A program made the position numbers and the translations under genes. The notes beneath the pieces were generated by a model. The model was not told the DNA's origin. It saw only the letters and a program-made list of their open reading frames with translations, and made no database searches. From Aquifex aeolicus VF5 (lineage in GTDB: Bacteria; Aquificota; Aquificia; Aquificales; Aquificaceae), in the NCBI RefSeq assembly GCF_000008625.1, contig NC_000918.1, positions 180,001-212,000 of the forward strand: 32,000 nt of DNA, given 5' to 3'. Of this stretch, positions 20,713 to 28,645 are shown piece by piece (position 1 is the stretch's first letter; the number at the start of each line of letters is the position of its first letter).

Positions 20713-23292
20713 ATGGAGAAATCTGAGAAAGAGCTCACTCCCATGCTCTCACAATACCACTACTTCAAAAATCAGTACCCCGACTGTTTGCTTCTCTTCA
20801 GACTCGGAGACTTTTACGAGCTCTTTTACGAAGACGCTTACATAGGCTCTAAAGAACTGGGACTTGTTCTCACCTCAAGACCCGCGGGAAAGGGAAAGGA
20901 AAGGATACCCATGTGCGGAGTTCCCTACCACTCCGCAAACTCCTACATAGCTAAACTCGTAAACAAGGGATACAAAGTAGCCATATGCGAGCAGGTGGAG
21001 GATCCTTCTAAGGCAAAAGGTATCGTAAAGAGGGAGGTAGTAAGGGTAATCACTCCCGGAACTTTCTTTGAAAGGGACACGGGAGGACTCGCATCACTCT
21101 ACAAAAAAGGAAATCATTACTACGTAGGTTATCTAAACCTTGCGGTAGGGGAGTTCTTGGGAGCTAAGGTAAAGATAGAGGAACTCCTTGACCTTCTCTC
21201 AAAGTTAAACATAAAAGAAATACTCGTAAAAAAAGGGGAAAAATTACCAGAAGAACTGGAAAAAGTTTTGAAGGTTTACGTAAGCGAGCTGGAAGAGGAG
21301 TTCTTTGAAGAAGGGAGTGAAGAAATTTTAAAGGATTTCGGGGTTTTGAGCCTTCAAGCCTTCGGTTTTGAAGAGGACACTTATTCCCTTCCCTTGGGAG
21401 CTGTTTACAAGTACGCAAAAACGACACAAAAGGGCTACACACCTCTCATTCCGAGACCAAAACCTTACAGAGATGAAGGCTTCGTAAGACTCGACATAAA
21501 AGCGATAAAAGGGCTTGAAATTCTGGAAAGCCTTGAGGGTAGAAAGGACATATCTCTCTTCAAGGTAATAGACAGAACCTTAACGGGGATGGGAAGGAGG
21601 AGGCTAAAGTTCAGGCTTCTTTCTCCCTTTCGTAGCAGGGAAAAGATTGAAAGGATACAGGAAGGTGTGCAGGAGTTAAAAGAAAACAGGGAAGCGCTTT
21701 TGAAGATAAGGCAGATACTGGAGGGAATGGCGGACCTAGAAAGACTCGTTTCCAAGATAAGCTCTAACATGGCAACACCGAGGGAGCTCGTTTACCTCAA
21801 AAACTCCCTGAAAAAAGTGGAAGAACTCAGACTCCTCCTTTTGGAATTAAAGGCTCCCATCTTCAAGGAAATCTTACAAAACTTTGAAGACACAAAAAAG
21901 ATAATAAACGACATAGAAAAGACGCTCGTTGAGGACCCTCCCCTTCACGTAAAAGAGGGCGGGCTCATAAGGGAAGGTGTGAACGCGTATCTTGACGAAC
22001 TCAGGTTCATCAGGGACAACGCTGAAACTTACCTCAGGGAGTACGAAAAAAAACTGAGGCAAGAGACGGGCATCCAGAGCCTGAAGATTGGCTACAACAA
22101 GGTTATGGGCTACTACATAGAAGTGACAAAGCCAAACCTAAAGTACGTCCCTTCCTACTTCAGGAGAAGGCAAACTCTTTCTAACTCCGAGCGTTTCACC
22201 ACGGAAGAACTCCAGAGACTTGAGGAGAAAATACTTTCCGCCCAGACACGCATAAACGACCTTGAGTACGAACTCTATAAAGAGCTCAGGGAAAGAGTAG
22301 TAAAGGAACTGGACAAAGTAGGAAACAACGCAAGTGCGGTTGCGGAAGTTGACTTCATTCAGTCCCTTGCACAAATAGCTTACGAGAAGGACTGGGCAAA
22401 ACCCCAAATCCACGAAGGTTATGAGCTGATAATAGAGGAGGGAAGGCATCCCGTAATAGAAGAGTTCGTAGAAAACTACGTCCCTAACGACACGAAATTG
22501 GACAGAGACTCCTTCATACACGTGATAACAGGTCCGAACATGGCGGGCAAATCCAGTTATATAAGGCAGGTGGGAGTCCTCACACTCCTTTCCCACATCG
22601 GTAGTTTTATCCCTGCAAGGAGAGCAAAAATACCCGTCGTTGACGCCCTATTTACGAGGATAGGTTCGGGAGATGTTCTGGCTTTAGGAGTTTCAACCTT
22701 TATGAACGAGATGCTTGAGGTTTCTAATATCCTGAACAACGCAACCGAAAAAAGTTTAGTAATCCTGGACGAGGTGGGAAGGGGAACTTCCACCTACGAC
22801 GGCATAGCTATATCAAAAGCCATAGTAAAGTACATAAGCGAAAAGTTAAAGGCAAAAACTCTTCTCGCCACACACTTTCTGGAAATAACCGAGCTGGAAG
22901 GAAAAATAGAAGGAGTAAAAAATTACCACATGGAAGTGGAGAAGACCCCCGAAGGAATAAGGTTTTTATATATTCTCAAGGAAGGAAAGGCTGAAGGCAG
23001 TTTCGGTATAGAGGTAGCAAAACTCGCAGGACTTCCTGAAGAAGTGGTAGAAGAGGCGAGGAAAATTTTAAGAGAGCTTGAAGAAAAGGAAAACAAGAAG
23101 GAGGATATCGTTCCCTTGCTTGAGGAAACCTTCAAAAAATCCGAAGAGGCTCAAAGACTTGAGGAGTACGAGGAAATAATCAAAAAGATTGAAGAAATAG
23201 ACATAGGGAACACAACTCCCCTTCAGGCACTCCTTATACTTGCGGAGCTAAAAAAGAAGTGCAGTTTCTCTAAAAAGGAGTCCGGAGCTTGA
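20713..23292 (+). CDS. mutS: DNA mismatch repair protein MutS
   Basis: Mismatch-binding GDFYELF, Walker [29 protein letters not shown]. 859 aa. Confidence 0.96.
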
Positions 23293-23337
23293 ACTTACGG
23301 ATTATGGAATTATCTTGACTTAGTAGGAGTGATATGT

Positions 23338-23604
23338 ATGGTAGGAAAAGATGAAATCGTAGTAAAAGTTTTACCTAAAGGACAGATAACCTTGCCCAAG
23401 AGAATAAGAGAAAAACTAGGAATACGGGAAGGCGATATTTTAATTGTTGAAGAAAAGGAAGGAAAATTAGAAATCAGGAAACCTAAAAGCCTTAGGGACT
23501 TCTATGGTTTCCTGAAAGGAAAGAAATCTATTAATAGGGAGAATATAGAAAGAGTTATTGAAGAGGTTGTAAAGGAACGTGAACTTGAAAAAGATAGTCG
23601 TTGA
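23338..23604 (+). CDS. vapB: AbrB/MazE/SpoVT-fold antitoxin (VapB-type)
   Basis: SpoVT-AbrB motif VKVLPKGQITLPKRIREKLGIREGDILIV. SD AGGAG lies 8 nt upstream of ATG 23338. The 3' end overlaps the PIN gene start. Confidence 0.8.
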   Translation: MVGKDEIVVKVLPKGQITLPKRIREKLGIREGDILIVEEKEGKLEIRKPKSLRDFYGFLKGKKSINRENIERVIEEVVKERELEKDSR

Positions 23605-23995
23605 TACAAGCGTATTTATAAGACTGTTTACAAGAAATGATGAGAAGAAATTTGAAAAAGCGGAGAAACTTATAGATGATGCATCCAAGGGTAAAATTCA
23701 GTTATTCGTTCCGTTTATCGTAGTCGCGGAAATAGTTTGGGTCTTGGAGAAGGTTTACAAAGTTAATAGAGAAAACATAAGGGATGTGGTGGAGGCACTT
23801 ATCAATACACGTCCACGTAGCAATTACAGCATCGGAAAACTTTATTCTTTTTTCTACGTATAATTTTATAGCGTTAAGGATTAAATCTCTTTGTTCCACA
23901 TGTATACCACACTCATGAAAAACTTAGATGAACTAGTCACCTTTGACGAAACCGATTTCAAGAAATTAAAAGATATAAGAGTGAGAATTCTTTAG
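23579..23995 (+). pseudogene. vapC: PIN-domain toxin (VapC-type) disrupted by an internal 96-bp inversion
   Basis: The N-terminal part is on + (23579..23812, KKIVVDTSVFI...VAEIVWVLEK...EALINTR). The middle is on - (23908..23813, GIHVEQRDLILNAIKLYVEKRIKFSDAVIATW). The C-terminal part is on + (23909..23995, TLMKNLDELVTFDETDFKKLKDIRVRIL*). As it stands, the + frame stops at 23861-23863 after 94 aa. Confidence 0.8.
23813..23908 (-). other. Inverted internal segment of the vapC PIN gene (32 codons, including the third conserved acidic residue)
   Basis: The codon-by-codon reverse complement gives GIHVEQRDLILNAIKLYVEKRIKFSDAVIATW, which is in frame with both flanks once flipped. The breakpoints are ambiguous by 2 bp (GT at 23811-12, AC at 23909-10). 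Confidence 0.8.
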
Positions 23996-24007
23996 AAACT
24001 CTATTGC

Positions 24008-24754
24008 TTACGTTTTGAGCTTCCTCCCAAAAACCAAGTACGCCGTGTGGGCCACCATTTGATCCTCGGGTCTGAACCTTTCTGAGATAGTCTTGTAATG
24101 CCTGTGGAGTATCTCAACCACTTCAAGATTTCCGAAGTAATTTTCTATACTTTCCAGGAGCTTTATAACTTGATTTGCGGTGGGAAGGAGAAAACCAACT
24201 GGAGCACCCTCCATCAAGCTTTTGTGAACCTTTTCCAGATAATGCCAAGGTTCCCTTACGTCCACAAAGGCAGCGTGGAATATTCCTTCCGGGACTTCCG
24301 CGTCTTTGAAGTCCACGTTGAAAAACTTTACATTCTTTCCCAGATTGAACTTCTTCAAATTCTTCTGGGCTGTTTTGTAAAACTCTTCTACTGCTTCAAA
24401 GGTCCACACCTCTCCCGCAACTTCCGAGAGAACTGCAAGGAGTGCCCCGCTTCCAGTCCCGAACTCCAGAACTCTCTTTTCTTTGTTCAGGTTTAACTTC
24501 AGGGCTATATAAAAGGAATCCTTCGGGTATATTATCTGGGTTTTCCTCTCAAATCCGAGGAGTATGATCTCCTCGAGCGTTGGTCTGTAAACTTCAAATC
24601 CGTTTATCTTTACACCTTCGGGCTTTCCTATAACTTCGTCAAACTTTAAAACACTTTTCTTTACACTTAAACTCTGTTTTGGTAGCAGTTTCCTCAGGAA
24701 CTTCTTTTCCCCAAAGCGTATGAGGACGTACTCTCCTTCCTTAAAAGAGTTCAT
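24008..24754 (-). CDS. trmI: tRNA (adenine58-N1)-methyltransferase (TrmI/Gcd14 family)
   Basis: 248 aa with an N-terminal beta domain, SAM motif I VLEFGTGSGAL, and overall Gcd14-like organisation. Confidence 0.85.
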   Translation of the reverse strand: MNSFKEGEYVLIRFGEKKFLRKLLPKQSLSVKKSVLKFDEVIGKPEGVKINGFEVYRPTLEEIILLGFERKTQIIYPKDSFYIALKLNLNKEKRVLEFGTGSGALLAVLSEVAGEVWTFEAVEEFYKTAQKNLKKFNLGKNVKFFNVDFKDAEVPEGIFHAAFVDVREPWHYLEKVHKSLMEGAPVGFLLPTANQVIKLLESIENYFGNLEVVEILHRHYKTISERFRPEDQMVAHTAYLVFGRKLKT

Positions 24755-25580
24755 CGGAGAATATCTTTTCCGGGATTTCCGCCTTAATTATACCCCTTTC
24801 CTTTCCAAGTCTAAGTAAAAGCCTTACCGCTTCTCTTCCATCTTCTCCGTAATCCACAGTTCTCTCGTTCACGTACATACTCACAAACTTCTGAGTCCTT
24901 TCTAAGTCCTCGCTCAAATCCCTCGCGTAATTTATTGCGTATTCTAACGCCCTTTTCCTTTCCTTCAGTGCGTACTCAACACTTTCTCTCATAAGTCTCT
25001 CTATTTTCTTTACGACTTCCCTTCCGAGATCCTTTCTCACAACGTTGCAACCTAGAGGCAGAGGCAGTCCGTACTTTTCCTTCCACCACTCTCCCAGATC
25101 AACGATTTTCTTCAGTCCGTAGTCCTTGTAAGAGAGCTGACCTTCGTGAATAACTAGCCCCGCGTCCACTTTTCCTTCCAGCACTGCTTGTATTATCCTG
25201 TCAAAAGGAATGACTACGTGTTCAAAATCGGGTTCGTAGAGCTTAAGCGTTAGGAAAGCGGTTGTAAGCTCCCCGGGAACTGCTATCTTCTTCCCTTTTA
25301 AAGTACCGAGTTCTTCCCTTGCCACCACTATCGGACCGTAACCTTCTCCTATGCTTCCGCCGCTTGGAAGAACCGCGTACTTGTCTGCAACGTACGGGTA
25401 AGCGTGAAAGGAAATCGCAGAAACCTCGTAAGTTCCTTTGAGTGCTTCCCTGTTCAGGGTTTCTATATCCGCCAATACGTGTTCTATTTCAAGACCTTCC
25501 GTATCAATTAAACCCTTCACGAGCGGATAAAACATAAAAGCGTCGTCCGAATCGGGACTGTGAGCTATCCTGATCCTCAT
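24741..25580 (-). CDS. MqnA/MqnD/SBP-family protein (futalosine-pathway menaquinone biosynthesis family)
   Basis: The N-terminus IAHSPDSDDAFMFYPL resembles the SPCPNDTFxFYAL motif of the MqnD/VitK2-biosynthesis family. 279 aa. The exact step (MqnA or MqnD) cannot be resolved by eye. Confidence 0.65.
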   Translation of the reverse strand: MRIRIAHSPDSDDAFMFYPLVKGLIDTEGLEIEHVLADIETLNREALKGTYEVSAISFHAYPYVADKYAVLPSGGSIGEGYGPIVVAREELGTLKGKKIAVPGELTTAFLTLKLYEPDFEHVVIPFDRIIQAVLEGKVDAGLVIHEGQLSYKDYGLKKIVDLGEWWKEKYGLPLPLGCNVVRKDLGREVVKKIERLMRESVEYALKERKRALEYAINYARDLSEDLERTQKFVSMYVNERTVDYGEDGREAVRLLLRLGKERGIIKAEIPEKIFSDELF

Positions 25581-25588
25581 AATCTTAA

Positions 25589-26026
25589 TTATTGTAATAA
25601 CAGATAAAGAACCACGGAAGTGATCAGTCCTCCCACCACATCGTCCATCATAACTCCAAGTCCACCGGGGAAGTTTTCAAACAGGTTCACGGGAAAGGGT
25701 TTAAGAATGTCCACAACCCTGAAAATAATGAATGCGAGAATTAAGGATTTTAGGGTAGGTTCTACAAAAAGGAAACACAGTAAGTACCCTACGATTTCGT
25801 CTATAACAACCTGTTCCGGATCTTCGTCTCTTAAGTTCTGAACCATGTACTCCGAGGAAATCCAACCGAGAAAAAAGAAAATTAAAGTTCCAAAAAGGTA
25901 TAAATTCCTGTCAAGGTAAAGAAGTAAAACTAAAGGAATTCCCACAAGTGTTCCAAAGGTTCCTGGGGCAACGGGCAGTTTTCCCACGAGGAAACCCGTA
26001 GCTAAAAACTCTAGAATTACGGACAT
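25589..26026 (-). CDS. pgpA: Phosphatidylglycerophosphatase A
   Basis: PgpA motifs APGTFGTL, DPEQVVIDEIVG and FRVVDILKP. 145 aa membrane protein. Confidence 0.8.
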   Translation of the reverse strand: MSVILEFLATGFLVGKLPVAPGTFGTLVGIPLVLLLYLDRNLYLFGTLIFFFLGWISSEYMVQNLRDEDPEQVVIDEIVGYLLCFLFVEPTLKSLILAFIIFRVVDILKPFPVNLFENFPGGLGVMMDDVVGGLITSVVLYLLLQ

Positions 26027-26134
26027 AGGTTTACATTTTAACTTTATGGAACAGGTTATTTTTCTGTTACTGCTGGCACTAATAGGCGGACTCCTTTTGT
26101 GGAAAGGAAGGAGAAAGAAAAATTGTTGTGAGGT

Positions 26135-27067
26135 TTAAACCTTTTCGGGAAATCTTATCTCCACTTTCGTTCCCTTTCCCCTTTCACTTTGTATGTTTAT
26201 TTTTGCCCCGTAATTCTGGGCTATCTTCTTCACGAGTGCAAGTCCAAGTCCAAGACCTTTGCTCTCTTCTCCTTTTACAAAAGGCTCAAGTATTAAAGGG
26301 ATTTTCCTGTTTTCTATACCTATTCCCGTATCTTCTACGGAAAGAACAATTGCGTTTTCGTCTTTTCGGGTTTCTACTAAGACTTTCCCTCCTCTCTTGT
26401 TGTACTCCACCGCGTTCTGGAGCAAATTCCTGATGATAACCTTTATCTCCTCTCTGTTTCCCTTTAAGCATTTTTCCTTTAAATCAATTTCTACGGAAAT
26501 TTCTTTCTCCTTTATGTTTTCTTCTAAATCTTTCAAAACTTCACTTAAAACTTCTTCTAAATTTACTTCCTCCCTGACCTTGCCCTTTCCTTTAGAGAAG
26601 CTGAGCATGTAAACGGTTTCCGTCAGGGATATAGCTTCCTTTACCCTCTTCAGAGCCCTTCCTATGAGTTCCCGTTTTACAGACTCTTCTTCCATGTCCA
26701 GCAAGGTTTCTAACGTGTTCATCACAACCGCCAGAGGGGTCTTCAATTCGTGACTGAGGTTTGCTAAAAATTCCTTTTGTGTCTCCTTCATGAGTTCTCT
26801 ATCCGTTATGTCCTTGACTAGTATACCAACCCCGTCCTCGTAAAGAAAGGTTCTTACCGCGTAAGTTCTATCCCTGAAGGTTATTCCTTTTTCCTGCGGT
26901 GTTCTGGTCTGGTAAGTTTCTTGTATTAAACCAATCAATTCTACACTCCTCAAACTCTCGTAGTATGTCCTTCCCTCTTTGCCTAAACTCTCCTTTAACC
27001 TCTGGTTCATGAATTTAACGTTCCCCTCCCCGTCAAAAATCGCTACACCTTCTTCCAAGAAGTTCAA
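26135..27067 (-). CDS. Soluble PAS-domain sensor histidine kinase
   Basis: N-terminal PAS (EEGVAIFDGEGNVKFMNQ), H-box LANLSHELKTPL, N-box NLLQNAVEYN, G1 VEDTGIGI, G2 GLGLGLALVKKI. No TM segment. TTG start with no obvious SD, so the N-terminus is uncertain. Confidence 0.85.
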   Translation of the reverse strand: MNFLEEGVAIFDGEGNVKFMNQRLKESLGKEGRTYYESLRSVELIGLIQETYQTRTPQEKGITFRDRTYAVRTFLYEDGVGILVKDITDRELMKETQKEFLANLSHELKTPLAVVMNTLETLLDMEEESVKRELIGRALKRVKEAISLTETVYMLSFSKGKGKVREEVNLEEVLSEVLKDLEENIKEKEISVEIDLKEKCLKGNREEIKVIIRNLLQNAVEYNKRGGKVLVETRKDENAIVLSVEDTGIGIENRKIPLILEPFVKGEESKGLGLGLALVKKIAQNYGAKINIQSERGKGTKVEIRFPEKV

Positions 27068-27209
27068 AAAGCTCGAACATAGTAATATATTAATAAGTCT
27101 TGAAATCTTATACTAATATACTTAAATTTTCTATTAACATTAATTTAAAACATTTCCTTAACCGAAACTTAAAATTTGGGGTTTAAAACCTTAAGTAAGG
27201 AGGTGTGAG

Positions 27210-27386
27210 ATGAAGGTCTTAGCAGTCAGGAATAAGAGGCAGAAAGAGAGGGTAATTAGTAGGTTTTTGAAAAAGAGGAAGGTTGTAGCGGTTGTGAACA
27301 ATCCCTCTCAGCTGAAGAACGATATTTTAAAGAAAGCGGATGTTGTAATTTATGAGGAGGAAGATGGAAAGGATAGCTCTAATTGA
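27210..27386 (+). CDS. Small 58-aa ORF with a strong Shine-Dalgarno, upstream of and overlapping the response-regulator gene
   Basis: TAAGGAGGTG (27196-27205) lies 4 nt upstream of ATG 27210. Translation: MKVLAVRNKRQKERVISRFLKKRKVVAVVNNPSQLKNDILKKADVVIYEEEDGKDSSN*. It falls below the 60-aa cutoff of the supplied ORF track. Confidence 0.4.
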   Translation: MKVLAVRNKRQKERVISRFLKKRKVVAVVNNPSQLKNDILKKADVVIYEEEDGKDSSN

Positions 27387-28038
27387 GGACGACAAGGATT
27401 TAGCCTTTCTCGTGAAACTGAATTTAGAAAGGGAGGGGTTTGAAGTAGAGCACTTTGAACGTGCCACTCCCTTCTTTAAGTTCATTTCTGAAAACAGTGT
27501 AGACCTTATCCTCATAGACATTATGCTTCCCGACCTAGATGGATTCAGGATAGCTAACTTCTTAAAGAGCAGGGCGGATTTAAAAGAAATTCCCGTTATA
27601 TTCATAACCGCAAAAGGGGAGGAAGAGGACAAACTAAAGGGCTTTGAACTGGGAGCGGACGATTACATAACTAAACCCTTTTCCATGAAAGAGTTAATAG
27701 CAAGAGTAAGAGCCGTTCTAAAGAGGTATAAAAAGGTTTCCGAGAGCAAAGTTTTAAAGTACGAGGGCGTTGAGCTGGACACGGAAAGACAAAAACTTTT
27801 CGTGGACGGTAGGGAGGTATACCTGACTCCTGCGGAGTTTAAAATCCTGAAAACCTTGATGGAAAACTTCGGAAGACCTGTCAGTCGTTCGTCCCTCGTT
27901 GAAAAGCTCTGGGATTACGAGAGGGAAACCACGGAGAGGGCTATAGACGTTCACGTAAAGCACATAAGAGACAAGCTCGGAAAGTATAAGGGTCTTATAA
28001 AAACTGTGAGGGGTGTCGGATACAAGTTCGAAAATTAA
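27352..28038 (+). CDS. OmpR/PhoB-family response regulator
   Basis: Receiver domain (IALIEDD, DLILIDIMLPDLDG, FITAKG, KPF) plus a winged-helix domain (LTPAEFKILKTL...VRGVGYKF). An alternative start is ATG 27364 (MERIALIEDD), with AGGAGG 3 nt upstream. Confidence 0.9.
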   Translation: MRRKMERIALIEDDKDLAFLVKLNLEREGFEVEHFERATPFFKFISENSVDLILIDIMLPDLDGFRIANFLKSRADLKEIPVIFITAKGEEEDKLKGFELGADDYITKPFSMKELIARVRAVLKRYKKVSESKVLKYEGVELDTERQKLFVDGREVYLTPAEFKILKTLMENFGRPVSRSSLVEKLWDYERETTERAIDVHVKHIRDKLGKYKGLIKTVRGVGYKFEN

Positions 28039-28048
28039 ACTTTTATTT

Positions 28049-28645
28049 ATGTCCAAACTCAAGACTGAAAAAGAGTTGAAGAAACGGGAAATAATGAGGG
28101 TAGCCTGTAAACTCTTTGCCCAGAAAGGCTATCACAACACCACTATGCCAGATATAGCTAAAGCATTAGGTATGAGTGTTGGAAACCTCTACAACTACTT
28201 CTCCTCAAAAGAAGAACTGGCAAAGGAGATAATGCTCTTTACCTCTAAACTCGTGGGGGAAAGATTGAGAAAGGTAAACGAGAGTAATCTGGATTTCAAG
28301 GAAAAGACAAAGCTTCTCGTCAAGAGCTTTTTACAAATAGCCCTCGAAGAACCCGAACTCATAAATTACTTCCTGAAAGTTTACCTCGTAAATACGGAAG
28401 TTTTTAAAGATGATTGTAAAGGTTTTGCGTGCGTCAGTGACGTGGTAACGGAAGTTATGATATTTGTGAGTGACGGGGTTGAAAAGGGCATTTTCAGGAA
28501 TCAGGACTTCTTCACAGCCTTTGTAACCATTATGGGTCCTCTTGGGGGTATAGTATTTCTCCACAACGAAGGACTCCTCGAGAAACCCCTTCTTGAATAC
28601 GCCGAAGAACTTGCACAGAATATATGGAACGCTTTAAAAGCTTAA
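28049..28645 (+). CDS. TetR/AcrR family transcriptional regulator
   Basis: HTH REIMRVACKLFAQKGYHNTTMPDIAKALGMSVGNLYNYFSSKEEL. ATG 28049 lies 10 nt after the regulator stop. The track's 28013 start lies inside the regulator gene. Confidence 0.85.
   Translation: MSKLKTEKELKKREIMRVACKLFAQKGYHNTTMPDIAKALGMSVGNLYNYFSSKEELAKEIMLFTSKLVGERLRKVNESNLDFKEKTKLLVKSFLQIALEEPELINYFLKVYLVNTEVFKDDCKGFACVSDVVTEVMIFVSDGVEKGIFRNQDFFTAFVTIMGPLGGIVFLHNEGLLEKPLLEYAEELAQNIWNALKA

Noticed and set aside
23293-23337. TTGACT (23315-23320), considered as the -35 of a vapB promoter, together with the ATTATGGAATTAT repeat as a VapB operator
   Set aside because: A -10 at the right spacing would fall on the vapB start codon, downstream of its SD. 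The repeat is short and imperfect. I cannot support either call from sequence alone.
23702-23899. 65-aa minus-strand ORF in the track (MEQRDLILNAIKLYVEKRIKFSDAVIATWTCIDK...), considered as an independent gene
   Set aside because: Its N-terminal 30 residues are the missing middle of the vapC PIN domain. Beyond the breakpoint (TCIDKCLHH...) it is just the antisense of the vapC 5' part. It is better explained as the inverted vapC fragment than as a separate gene.
23805-23905. Imperfect 8-bp inverted repeat (ATACACGT at 23805-23812 and ACATGTAT at 23898-23905), considered as the recombination site for the vapC inversion
   Set aside because: Flipping between these repeats (23813..23897, 85 nt) does not restore the frame (NTCGTKRFNP*). 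Only the 96-nt flip of 23813..23908 does. The repeat is short, mismatched and off-centre, so it is probably coincidental.
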